From contig OX597838.1 in the NCBI GenBank assembly GCA_951406725.2, positions 24,118,001-24,182,000 of the forward strand: 64,000 bases of DNA. Reading direction: 5' to 3'. This stretch comes from Octopus vulgaris. Its lineage: Eukaryota. Every line of letters begins with the position of its first letter. Within the stretch, counting starts at the first letter, position 1. Below, piece after piece: positions 51,803-64,000 of the stretch. The translations under genes were made by a program, and so were the position numbers. Below the pieces are notes generated by a model. The model saw nothing but the letters and a program-made list of their open reading frames with translations, did not search any database and was not told where the DNA came from.

Positions 51803-52390
51803 TTAACCTCAAAGCATTCAGATTACTCTGTCAAATGTAATTAATGCTTATTTATCCACATTTATTTTGAATTAATCATGTATTATCTTGAAGCTTTAAC
51901 ATTTTGATGATGTGATTGTATATTTCTAGAATGACATTACTGGGTAGGTGTGAGAGGCCAGATACGGCCAAATAAACCTTTTAGCGTTCAGATTATTCTG
52001 TCAAATGTAATGCTTATTTATTTACTCACTTTGCTTTGAACTAATCCTGTATTACCTTGTAACTTTAAGATTTCAATGATGTGATTGTTTGGCTTTAGAA
52101 TGACATTGTAGGGTAGGTGTGAGAGGCCAGATACAGCCAGTTTAACCCTTCAGCATTCAGATTACTCTGTCAAATGCAAGGCTTATTTATTTACTCACTT
52201 TGCTTTGAGCTAATCATGCATTATCTTGCAGCTTGGAGATTTCAATGATGTGACTGCTTATTTTTGAAATGACATTGTAGGGCAGGGATGAGAGGCCAGA
52301 TATGGCCAGTAAAACCCTTTAGTATTTAGATAACTGTGTTGTTTTGAATTATTCATGCAATATCTTGTGGCTTGAAGATTTCAATGGTAT
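51803..52390. repeat. Tandem array (~3.5 x ~170 bp) of a piggyBac-type MITE segment
   Basis: Units aaccct..agcattcagattactctgtcaaatg...gagaggccagata; homologous to 25909-26127. Confidence 0.8.
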
Positions 52391-52508
52391 TACTCATTTT
52401 ACTTTTTTACTTGTTTCAGTCATTTGACTGCGGCCATGCTGGAGCACTGCCATTAGTCAAACAATATATATATGCAAATAAACACACATCATCATGTATC
52501 TATATATA

Positions 52509-52862
52509 TTAGGTTGTCCGGAAAGTTCATGCCGATTTTTAAAGGAAAGGAAAAGTTCAATAAATACTTGCCATTACATTTTTAATCAACCAAATATGAA
52601 CCATTTTGTTGCACAATGCATCTCCATCTTTCCTTTAACTTGAAAATACCCTCTTCCCAGAATTGAGGTGGTTTCATGGCAAAGAATTCATCAAGGTATC
52701 TTTTTACGTCATCCAAGGAATTGAAATTTTTACCATTAAGACTATTCTGCAGAGACCTGAATAAGTGCAAATCTGAAGGAGCAGTATCTGGTGAATATGG
52801 AGGGTGGGGTAACACATCCCAGCCAAGCTGCAGCAATTTTTGTCTGGTTCCCAAAGCATCGG
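52509..52862 (-). mobile_element. Internally deleted mariner element, 3' part
   Basis: TA + TIR ttaggttgtccggaaagttcatgcc; peptide VLPHPPYSPDTAPSDLHLFRSLQNSL...FWEEGIFKLKERWRCIVQQNGSYLVD*. Confidence 0.9.
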
Positions 52863-53339
52863 ATAACATCAATGGCATGGAGAGGGGAGGCTGGTATGCA
52901 TGGGTGACTGCTGGTCTTCCATAAACAACCTGGACTTGTGCCTTGGAAGGGATCTTTTATATGTATATATTTATAAATTATATACATATTTTTCTACCTG
53001 TCTGCATATCTAACTATACATATACAAAAGTGTAAAGATCCCCTTCAGTCATGAAAGACTTTGGGATTGCACCTAGAAAGTTCCCCTCCAAAGTAGAAGT
53101 CTGGGCAAATTTGTTTATAAAAGACCAGCAGTTGCCCATGCATACCAGCCTCTACTTTCTTCATCAACCTGGTATATGTTACCGATATTCCTCAGTCATA
53201 TGGGGTATTAGTATTATCACAGATATAGTATTCAGATAAACTAGTAGATCACTAACACATGTGCCTTCCTCTTGGAAGATGCTTCTTTCTGGAACATTCC
53301 TATTCATAATGTTTTGTCCTCTAACAACTACCACCTCCA

Positions 53340-53800
53340 TCATCATCATTATCATTTAACGTCCGCTTTCCATGGACGATTTGACTGAGGAGTGATGAAC
53401 CAGATGGCTGCACCAGGCTCCAATCTTGATCTGGCAGAGTTTCTACAGCTGGATGCCCTTCCTAATGCTAACCACTTCGAGAGTGTAGTGGGTGCTTTTA
53501 CGTGCTACTGGCATGAGGGCCAGTCAGGCGGTACTGGCAACGGCCGCGCTCAAATGGTGTTTTTTTACGTGCCACTTCCACAGGAGCCAGTCCAGCAGCA
53601 CTGGCAATAACCTCGCTCGAATGTTTTTTTTTCATGTGCCACCGGCATAAGTACCAGTAAGGCGACACTGATAACAATCACGCTCGAATGGTGCTTTTTA
53701 CATGCCACCAGCACGGAAGCCAGTTAGCTGCTCTGGTGACAATCACGCTTGGATGGTGCTCTTAGCGCTCCACTAGCAATGGATGCCAGTCATCGAATTT
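53340..53800 (-). mobile_element. RTE LINE 3'-end copy
   Basis: Family sequence; further copies at 59638-60175 and 61882-62270. Confidence 0.8.
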
Positions 53801-55323
53801 GATTTCGAATTCGAGAAAATTAACCACATGGACATTCTAATCTTTCTTTGCACTTCAACAAGGTTCTCAAAAGCTACAGGTTTTGAGTTTACTCCATTGC
53901 AATCCTGTAGTTTCAGGTTCAGTCCCATCATGTGCTACTTCAAACAAGTGACTTGTATTAAAGCCCCAGGTCAACCAATACTTTGCGATTGAATTTCGTA
54001 GATGGAAACTGTGGGGAAGCTCATCATATATTTATGTGTGTGTGTGTGTGTTCGCCCTCTCCATCACTTGGTGATCTGATTGGTGTTAGTTTGTTTATAT
54101 CCCTGTAACTTCACAGTACAGCAAAAGAGACTAAATTACATCACATATGTGTGTGTGTGTGTGTTTTATCCTCCTCTCCACTGCTTGATGATCAGTGTTG
54201 GTTTGTTTACATCCCTGTGACTTAGTAGTACAGGAAGAGACCAGAGCCCATCATATATACATGTGTCTCTACGTTTGTCCTCCTCTCCACTATCTGGTGC
54301 CAACTGGTGTTGGTTTGTTTTCATCCCTATAACTTAGCAGTTCAGCTAAAGAGACCAGTAAAATAAGTACCAGACTTACTGGGGTCAATGTTTCATAGCA
54401 TCTATATTAAAATCTTAGTGAAGGCACATGGCCCAGTGGTTAGGCTGTTGCACCCACAATCGCTAGATCAAAGGTTCAATTCCCAGATTGGGCAGCACAT
54501 TGCTCCAGTCCCCTTCTGAGCAGTGGGGAGTGTTGGCCTACTTGCCTAGCCAGCATGGTGGCGTCATTTGATGGCTAAGACAATGCAAAGCGCATTGTGA
54601 CCAGTGATGTGTAACAACATCTGATAGTCTGGTCAGTCATGTGACCACAGGATATTAAAATCTTGGCTGTTGACTTTTAGTTTATATCTTGTTTCAGTCA
54701 TTGGACTGTGGTCATGCTGGAGCACTGTATTGAGGTGTTTCAGTTGGACAAATTGACCCCAGGACTTATAAGGGTTTTTGCTTTTTTTTTCAGTTTAGTA
54801 TTTATTCTATCGGTTTTTTTTTTTGCCAAACCACTAAGTTAAGGGGATGTAAACAGTGCAACATTGGTTGTCAAGGAAGAGTGGGGGACAGACACAAAGA
54901 TACACACATTTCACAGGCTTCCTCATAGTTTCCAGCTATGAAATTCTCTCACAAGGCATTCGTAGGATCAGAGCTCTAATGGAAGACACTTGCCCAAGGT
55001 GTTATGCAGGGGGACTGAACCTAAAACCACATGACTGCAGTGTGAGGTTCAATATGGTCAACAGCATGGTCTGAGCTTTTGCAGTCACTCTACTGTCTCA
55101 TTTCTCAGTCAGACTGAGTGTTATAATTTGCTAAAACAATTAGCAGTGTATCTCCTGTTTTCTCTTTGTTTGTCCATCCCTTTGACATGCACTTCAAAAA
55201 GTCGATTAACTGCTACGATGCATTCACTATGTCTGTGTTTTATTTTCATTTCCATGCAAACATTTCTAATAAACTTTAAGTATATATATTGTTTTTTTTT
55301 TTTTCAATCCCAGATAATACATT

Positions 55324-55329
55324 TTTATT
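55324..55329 (-). terminator. Candidate poly(A) signal of CCDC92
   Basis: AATAAA on the minus strand (plus tttatt) about 1.95 kb after the stop codon, near the end of the mostly unique 3' sequence. Confidence 0.35.
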
Positions 55330-55451
55330 CAGTAATAAACATTTCATTATAGGTTCAATTTCCAGGTAGCTACAGAACTTAACAGTTAAAAAAGGGAAAC
55401 GGGGAATAATACAATAATCAACAAGTGAAGATGGGTTTCCAAGGGTCAAGC

Positions 55452-55487
<36 letters not shown>

Positions 55488-55707
55488 AAGGATTTCAAAT
55501 TTTGGCACAAAGCCAGTGATTTCTTAGAAGGGGAGGGTAAGTCGATCACATCGACCCCAGTACTCAACTGGTACTTATTTTATCAACTATAGGGAATGAA
55601 AGGCAAAGTTGACCTTGGCGGTATTTGAACTCAAAATGTATAAACACAGGAAGAAATGCTGCTGGGCATTTTGTCCAGTGTGCTAACGATTCTGCCAGCT
55701 CACCACC

Positions 55708-55739
<32 letters not shown>

Positions 55740-56441
55740 CATAATAATAATAACAACAACAACGATAATAATAATAATAATAGTAGTGAATCCAATAGAT
55801 ATTCGGAATATTAAACTTGTAACAATATTTACATTGGAAACATGGTGAAGATTATCATCAATAAATAGGTTTTTTTTAAGTTAAAATAAATAATGATTGA
55901 ACATTATTATTAAGTACAACAACAACAAAAACAACAGTGGTACATGGGTCTGAACTGCTCGACAATGAAAGCCGGGAGGATTTTATGTTTTTGACGGGGT
56001 GCAACAACAGGTCTATAAAGTCGCTACCACAGAGCTAATCGGTGGGGGGTACGTCTACAATGCGGTATAGAGGGGGGCGGGGTGACAGGATCGCAGAAAT
56101 GGTGGGAAGGGGTGGGAGGAGGAGGAGGAGGAAGGAAGGAAGGAAAAAAAGATGCATAGTATGGGGTTGGTGGAATGGGAGGATGCGGGGAGGGGGGGGG
56201 GAGAATGACCAAATATGGTTTGATAATATTCGAAAGAGAAAATTAATGTTAATTATTAATTGATTTATAATAATCATTGCAATCCTCGTTATCATTGCAG
56301 ATTCGAAATGGAAACTGAATTAGAATGATCGATTTCTATATTTTTTATATATGCGTGTGTGTGTGTGTGATGGTCAATGAATCAGAAAGAAATTAAATAG
56401 GAACGAAACTTTTGTATTTAGGATGTTTGTGTGAGTGAGAG

Positions 56442-56488
<47 letters not shown>

Positions 56489-56561
56489 ATATTAGGAAAT
56501 GAATCCAAAATTACAGGGAAAAATCAGATTTAGGGTTAAATCCAATTTTATAGTAAAATAT

Positions 56562-56735
56562 TATATAATATAATTCGAGACAAAACCACTATTTTAAAAC
56601 CAAACAAGAAAAGACTTAATCAATACATAAAATTTTAATATAAATTAAATAAATTTTATTTAATTTATATTAAAATTTTATGTATTGATTAAGTCTTTTC
56701 TTGTTTGGTTTTAAAATAGTGGTTTTGTCTCGAAT

Positions 56736-56746
<11 letters not shown>
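56562..56746. repeat. Perfect palindrome, 92-bp arms with a 1-nt spacer
   Basis: 56562-56653 is the exact reverse complement of 56655-56746 (checked base by base). Confidence 0.97.
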
Positions 56747-56775
<29 letters not shown>

Positions 56776-57280
56776 AAGAAAAAGGGTGAGAGAGAGAGAA
56801 TGAGAGAGAAACAAAGAAAGTGGTAATCAATATTTTTAGAGATGGGGGGGAGCATAAATTCCAGCGAAAGTGTTAAATTAAAAGTAGAATGAAAATTTTT
56901 TTTATATTCAGGATGTATGCATGAGTGAATGTTTTATAATGTGTGTGTGAGATGGGGGGGGGAGAGAGAAAGATAGAAAGAGAGAGAGAGAGAGAGAGAA
57001 AGCAAAGAAAAAGGAGATAATAATTTAAACACGGAGGAGGGTGTGGGGTAAAACAAGTTTCAGCAATAAACTCGTCAAGTTAATTAGTGAGTTGTTTAAA
57101 CTTCATAAGATGAATACGACGAAAACAACTTTCTACGTTTTTTTTTCTTTTTGAATTCTGCGATTCTTACTTTAATTTACTAACAAAGACTAATTCTGTT
57201 TTGTTTTGTTTTTTTGGGGGTTTTTTGCTTTTTTTTTTCTTTTGCTTTTTTTTCGTTTTTTTTTTTTAATTTTTATTATT

Positions 57281-58224
57281 TTACTTGTACTCGGTGCTTT
57301 TAGTGTGGTGGTGGTTGCCCCTCCAACTATTGTCAAATCTTGCTATCGACTCCACTGCTAGTGTCTCTAGTTGAGGACCGTTACATTCACAGGACTGTTT
57401 TCTAAAGCAGTGTGGTCTGACCACATTTTTGACATAGACGTGTTGTAAATTCTGACCTTGTATCTGGTTGTTATTCTGTCGAATTGGTGGCAGCAAACGA
57501 GATGTTGGCTTCGATTTGATAAGTAGTGATGAAGACCCAGCCATGTTGGAGGGATTATTATTATTATTATTATTACTACTACTACTACTGCCGTTGTTAG
57601 TGGAGCAGTTCCCGTTGCCGGGATGACGGTGCTTTTGATAAAGCTCACGGTTAACATACTGGGAAGATGTCAGCTCCATGTGATCTTGAGAAGAGGAATT
57701 CTGCACTGTGACTATATGGTGGGGGCTGCTCTGATGCAGAGCATGATTCCGAGAGTTGACGCTGGACCGTCCTCCAGATGACGACAGCGGAGAATGCCAA
57801 CCGTCGTTCATTTCCACATCATCTGACCGACTCTTTTGCATGTAGCCACGTCTCGAATGCCTGCCACCAGAAGAGCCTGGAGCATTCTTTGGTGGGACAG
57901 GAGCAGAATGGAATGATTTTTCTTTAGACTTTAGGTTGAGATTCTCTTCGAGTTTCTGCTGGATCTTCATCTTGTGAAGCTCGGTGGAAAGGTGGGCTAT
58001 GTAGTCAGCTTTGGAATCAAGATCTGAACGGAGGTTATTCAGTTCTTTGTCTTTGGCAATCAGTTCCTGATTGTGTTTTATAGCTTGGTACTTCAACTGA
58101 ATCTCCAATTTCTTTATCTCGTTACGTTCTTTCTTCAGCAATTCCGCTATATTACTTTCATTGGTTTTTATACTTTCTAATTCTTCCTCTAAATTCTTTA
58201 TTTTCTGTTCTGCCGCTTCAACTT
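57281..58224 (-). CDS. CCDC92: CCDC92-like coiled-coil protein, last coding exon
   Basis: Minus-strand polypyrimidine tract plus ttcacag acceptor (plus 58225-58227), then a long ORF. LRSDLDSKADYIAHLSTELHKMK, APVPPKN, LLPPIRQ and PQLETLAVESI match human CCDC92 LSSELEQRASTIAYLTSQLHAAK, PAPPKD, VIPPIAS and PEVKTLAVDQV. No upstream exons found in the window. Confidence 0.85.
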
Positions 58225-58457
58225 CTGTGAAAGAAAAAAAAAGAAAAGAAAAGAAAAACATTGAAACATTGAAGAATGTCAACTGTTCTCTCTCTTATTG
58301 GAAGAATGGGTAACGTTTATTACTGTTGATTCAAGGGTCAACAATCTAGGAACAATCTCCTCATCGTCTCTCTCTCTCTTTCTCTCTCCTTTAGGAAGAA
58401 GTCAGCTGTACTTAGATATTTAAGAGCCCACTCTTTGGGTCTCCAAGCCTTGGATCA

Positions 58458-59033
58458 TGTACTTATTTCTTTATTGCCCACAAGGGGCTAAAGATAGAGG
58501 AGACAAACAAGGACAGACACAGGGATTAAATCGATTATATCGACCCCGAAAGGATGAAAGGCAAAGTCGACCTTGGCGGAATTTGAACTCAGAATGTAAC
58601 TGCATACAAAATACCTATTTCTTTACTACCCACAAGGGGCTAAACACAGAGAGGACAAACAAGGACAGACAAACGGATTAAGTCGATTATATCGACCCCA
58701 GTGCATAACTGGTACTTATTTAATCGACCCCAAAAGGATGAAAGGCAAAGTCGACCTCAGTGGAATTTGAACTCAGAACATAGCGGCATACAAAATACCT
58801 ATTTCTTTACTACCCACAAGGGGCTAAACACAGAGAGGACAAACAAGGACAGACAAACGGATTAAGTCGATTATGTCGACCTCATTGCGTAACTGGTACT
58901 TATATAATCGACTCCGAAAGGATGAAAGGCAAAGTCGACCTCGACGGAATTTGAACTCAGTACGTAATAGCAGACGAAATGCCAATAAGCATTTCGCCCG
59001 GTGTGCTAACGTTTCTGCCAGCTCACCGCCTTT
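58458..59033 (-). mobile_element. Tandem SINE family B copies
   Basis: Three head-to-tail units with cccacaaggggctaaacacagagaggacaaacaaggacagac tails. Confidence 0.85.
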
Positions 59034-60172
59034 TGGCATAGCTTCTATGGCTGGCTGACCTTCCTAACGACCCCTTTACAGAGTGTAGTGGGGAGTATTT
59101 TTGTGGCACCAGCAGAGTCACTAAATAATTTGCAAGACAAGACAGAGTCCCCTCAACTGATAGGAGTAATCTATCTATCTCTGATAAAGAGAGAGAGCGA
59201 GAGAGAGAGAGAGAGAGAGAGAAATCCCTAAGGCAGTTTTTAAAACCACTTTCTGATTCTACTTACCACTAGGATCATCAGTTTGCAGGCCTTGCATAGT
59301 TAGCTTGAAAGTCAGATCTGCAACGACATCAATAGAATATGATTATTATATTAAAACGAACTGGAGAAAAATTATTTATTTATTGGGCAGGAAAAAAGAA
59401 AAAAATGAAAGATTTATGTTGTTGCTAAGTAAACATGGAAAATAATTCTTTCCGGAACAAACATGGAACAGAAAATTGGATTTCAGATTATTAATAACTG
59501 TTGCGTGGTTGGGTGCTAAGAAGCTTGCTTCCTCACCACATGGTTTCAGGTTCAGTCCCACTGCCTGGCACCTTAGTGTCTTCTACGATAGTCTTCTACT
59601 ATAGCCTCAGGCCAACAAAAGCCTTGTGAGAGGAATTCATCATCATCATCATCATCATCATTTAGCGTCCGTTTTCCATGCTAGCATGGGTTGGACGGTT
59701 CAACTGGGGTCTGTGAAGCCAGAAGGCTGCACCAGGCTCCAGTCTGATCTGGCAGTGTTTCTACGGCTGGATGCCCTTCCTAACGCCAACCACTCCGAGA
59801 GTGTAGTGGGTGCTTTTTACGTGCCACCCGCACAGGAATTGGTAGAGATAAATTGAAAGAAGCCCATCATCATCATCATCATCGTTTAATGTCCGTTTTC
59901 CATGCTAGCATGGGTTGGACGGTTCAACTGGGGTCTGGGAAGCATGAGGCTGCACCGGGCTCCAGTTTGATCTGGTAGTGTTTCTACAGCTGGATGCCCT
60001 TCCTAACGCCAACCACTCCGTGAGTGTAGTGGGTGCTTTTTATGTGCCACCGGCACAGGTGCCAGGGGAGGCTGGCAATGGCCACGATTGGTTGGTGCTT
60101 TTTACGTGCCCCCAGCACGGAAGCCAGTCAAGGTGGTGCTGGCATCAACCACATACGGATGGTGCTTTTTAC

Positions 60173-60440
60173 ATGGCCTAGTGGTTAGAACAGCAGACTT
60201 GCAGTCGAGGGATTGTGGGTTCGAATCTCAGACCGGGCGATGTATGTGTTTATGAGTGAAACACCTAAGCTCCACATGGCTCCTGCAGAAGGTAATGGCG
60301 AACTTCTGCTGACTCTTTCGCCACAACTTTCTCTCGCTCTTTCCTCCTGCATCTTGCAGCTCACCTGCGACGGGAACCTATACGCCAAGGAAACCGGGAA
60401 ACCAGCCCTTATGAGCCAAATGTGGCTCGAGAAGGAACAA
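60173..60440 (+). mobile_element. tRNA-derived SINE with RTE-like tail
   Basis: A box tggcctagtggttag, B box ggttcgaatctc; tail cttatgagcc...ggctcgagaaggaac shared with 27433-27470. Confidence 0.75.
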
Positions 60441-62611
60441 TATATATATATATATATATATAAATGGGTGTCCGTGTCTCTGTTTGTGTCCCCCACCCAT
60501 CACTTGAAAACTGATGCTGGCATTTTTATATCCCCATAATTCAACAGTTCGGGGAAAAGAGACCGGTAGAATAAGTACTGGGCTTACAAAGAATAAGTCC
60601 TGGGGTCGATTTCTTCAACTAAAACCCAGGGCCACAGTCAAATGACTTAAACCAATGTTACGATATTGGCAATAAACATAGTGTTTGTTTTGTTTTTGGT
60701 AAGGCACCAGACTAATTTGGCATGGTAACAGTTTCAGTTAATCAAACTGAAAGGAAATAGCTTGGTGGATAAGGTGTTGGGGGCCAGCAATTTGGGGATC
60801 GGGGGGGAGTAAGTCGATTGCATCAACCCCAGTATTCAACTGGTACTTATTTTATTGGCACTGAAACAATGAAAGGCAAAGTCAACCCCAACAGAATTTG
60901 AACCCAGAACATAAAGATGGGCAAAAATGCCCTGAAGCTTTTTGCCCGGCGTGCTCACAATTCTGCCAGCTTGCCGCCTCAGTTGTTGGTTCATGATATT
61001 AGTTTCAAACTTTGGCACAAGGCCAGCAATTTCGGGGGAGGGAGTAAGACGATTGCCTCGACCTCAGTATTCAACTGGTACTTATTTTATTTATCCCCCA
61101 AAAGGATGAAGGGCAAATTCAACTTCAGTGGAATTTGAACTCAGAACATACAGACAAAATGCCGTTGAGCATTTTGCGCTGCACGATAACAATTCTGCCA
61201 GCTCGCTGCCTTATGTATTGGTTTGTGATATTGAAATATTTCGTTGTGTATTAATTTAGGCAACCAGGTGATAGTTTGCGGACACACATGCATTTAGAGT
61301 AACTGTAGCAAGTATTTTTAAGCAAGGGAAGTAACTCTCACCACTCGCTTCAAAAAATTCGTTATTTTCTAAAAAAAAAAATAGCTTTACAGTTTATTTT
61401 ATTTCTTTTAAAATCCACTTTCAAATCCTAAGGACTAGCTTAAAATATGAAAAAAAAACCCAAACAAATATTTCCTTCCAATGGTGTTTCAAAGATTCTC
61501 AGGGTCAAAAAGCAAACAATTTTATCATAAACACTTTAAATGCAAAATTTCGTTGTTATTCCAGTAATAATATTAAATTTGACATTTCTCAACAGAAAAT
61601 AGTTTTGAACATGATATTCCTCAACAAAAGATAAATTGGTATATGAAATTGCTTTCTGCACTAAAAGGGATAAACAATGTAATAATAATAACGTAATATA
61701 AATGTCAAATATTTTAGGTTTCCTCACAATTTCCATCTACCAAATTCATTCACAAGGCATGAGTCACTCTGGGGCTATAGTAAAAGAGACTTGGTCTGGG
61801 TGCCATGCAGTAGGACTGAACCTGAAACCACAGGGTTGTAAAACAACCTTCTTGACCATTCAGCCATGATCTATGACTATATCATCATCCTCATCATTAT
61901 CATCGTTTAACGTCCACTTTCCCTAGCATGGATTGGACGATTTGACTGAGGACTGGCGAACCAGATGGCTGCACCAGGCCCCAATCTTGATCTGGCAGAG
62001 TTTCTACAGCTGGATGCCCTTCCTAACGCCAACCACTCTGAGAGTGTAGTGGGTGCTTTTACGTAACACCGGCACGAGGGCCAGTCAGGTGGTACTGGCA
62101 ACGGCCATGCTCAAATGGTGAATTTATGTGCCACCTGCACACGAGCCAATCCAGTGGCACAGGCAATGACCTCGCTCAAATGTTTTTTCACATGCCACCA
62201 GCACAAGTGCTAGTAAGGCAATGCAGGTAACGATCACGCTCAAATGGTGCTTTTAACGTGCCATCGGCATGTATATATATGTGTGTGTACATATATGTGT
62301 GTGTGTGTGTATGTATATATATGTGTGTGCACCCACTACACTCACAGAGTGGTTGTCTTTTAGTCTTTGTGACATCGTTTTAGTAATGTTAGTAATATAT
62401 ATATATATATATATATATATATTACTAACATTACTGTCGAACCGTCCAACCCATGCTAGCATGGAGAACGGACGTTAAACGATGATGATGATGATGTGTG
62501 TGTGGCTATATCCTTCTTCAAAGTTTGAAGTAGCACTCACACTGGAGAACTGACCACTGTCCATGAGAGTGGTGGCACTGTTGTTGCAGCTACTACATAC
62601 AAACACACCAG

Positions 62612-63031
62612 GGTGAAGTGTTCGGTTTAGGGACATTAAAAAAGTAAATAAAAATTGAGGGGAGATAACTAGTAAAGGGACATAAGTCAGTTTACTGTTA
62701 AACAACAAATACTGTAGTAAGGATAACATGGTGAATTACAATTTCCGCAACATGTATAAATTCATAATTAGTCAATGCTGTGCCAACCACTGAAGAATCT
62801 TGTCTCGTGATTCGGTTAATTGGGTGATATTCCAAGACTGATTCACGGTTGAGGGGTTTCAATATCAGGAACAATGAATTACGGTCCCGCTGGTCTTCCA
62901 CGTGCCATTCTGATCAATTTCCAAAGTAAATGACATCCAGTATTTATGTTGACTTATGTATGTCCCTTTACTAATTATCTGCCCCTTAATTTTTATTCAC
63001 TTTTTTAATATCCCTAAACTGAACAGTTACC
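62612..63031. mobile_element. Merlin-like non-autonomous DNA transposon
   Basis: ~80-bp TIRs (ggt..tgttc.gtttaggga.attaaaaaagt...aaagggacata...agtca) and a perfect 8-bp TSD cacaccag at 62604-62611 and 63032-63039. Confidence 0.75.
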
Positions 63032-63227
63032 CACACCAGACTGAATCTAAAAACACGGCCATTCAACTAAATTACGAATGCTCCATCAACAACATGCTGC
63101 ATCCATTAGTTTCACAAAGGTGATATTTCTTCACTTTTGACTCTAAATACCAAAAAGAATCCTACTTTGTGGCAGTGTGCTGCTGCTACTAATACTACTA
63201 CTACTACTATTACTGAGTTGTCTCTTT

Positions 63228-63852
63228 CTTTTCTACTCTAGGCACAAGGCCCGAGATTTGTGGGAAGGGGGCCAGTTGATTAGATCGACCCCGGTACGCA
63301 ACTGGTACTTGATTTATTGACGCCGAAAGGATAAAAGGCAAAGTTGACCTTGGCGGAATTTGAACTCAGAATGTAGTGGCAGATGAAATACCCATTTCTT
63401 TACTACCCACAAGGGGCTAAACACAGAGAGGACAAACAAGGACAGACAAACGGATTAAGTCGATTATATCGACCCCAGTGTGTAACTGATACTTATTTAA
63501 TCGACCCCGAAAGGATGAAAGGCAAAGTCGACCTCGGCGGAATTTGAACTCAGAACATAACGGCAGATGAAATACCGCCAAGCATTTCGCCTGGCATGCT
63601 AATGTTTCTGCCAGCTCACCACCTTTGATGTTCTTCATATTCTTTTCTACTCTAGGCACAAGGCCTGAAATTTTGGTGGAGGGGTCCAGTCAGTTAGATC
63701 AACCCCAATACACAACTGGTACTTAATTTATTGACCCCAAAAGGATGAAAGGCAAGGTCAACCTCGGCGGAATTTGAACTCAGAATGTAAAGACATGAAA
63801 TACTGCCAAGCATTTCGCCCTGCATGCCAACGTTTCAGCCAGCTCACTGCCT
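63228..63852 (-). mobile_element. Tandem SINE family B copies
   Basis: Three head-to-tail units of family B. Confidence 0.85.
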
Positions 63853-64000
63853 TTACTAAATATTTTAATTTGACTGTGGTTTAATTTTTAATTATTGTGA
63901 TTTTATACGTGTTAGGTTTTTTGATATACTTGTTTTATATTGATATATTTGTTTCATAATGACAAAAGACCGAGACTTCTGGAGGTATGCTGTGACTGAG

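Noticed and set aside
60173-60245. tRNA gene
   Set aside because: A and B boxes are present, but there is no proper acceptor stem and it continues into a SINE body and tail.

Overview
Repeat-dense animal genomic DNA. The (TA)n/(CA)n/(CAT)n microsatellites and the tRNA-SINE, RTE and CR1 families point to a coleoid cephalopod, most likely Octopus (inference). Three spliced genes could be rebuilt by hand from GT-AG sites with consistent phases. (1) The 3' six coding exons of SARM1 (+, 7867-29505): SAM1-SAM2-TIR NADase with the catalytic Glu intact; no ARM-domain exon was found in 1-7866. (2) A compact five-exon CENP-V/GFA-family gene (+, 42834-51788, 137 aa). (3) The last coding exon of CCDC92 (-, 57281-58224). 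The rest is microsatellite and transposon debris: SINEs, RTE, CR1, R4/Dong-like LINE, mariner/Tc1, hAT, piggyBac-type, Helitron-like and Merlin-like elements. Nearly all ORFs in the supplied track are microsatellite or repeat artefacts. The most unusual signals are: several minimal type I hammerhead-ribozyme-like motifs of Penelope-like type, including a back-to-back pair forming a ~230-nt hairpin downstream of the SARM1 stop; a perfect palindrome with 92-bp arms downstream of the CCDC92 stop; and inverted repeat pairs bracketing SARM1 exons, including the one that starts with the catalytic Glu. No CRISPR, rRNA or genuine tRNA gene is supported.
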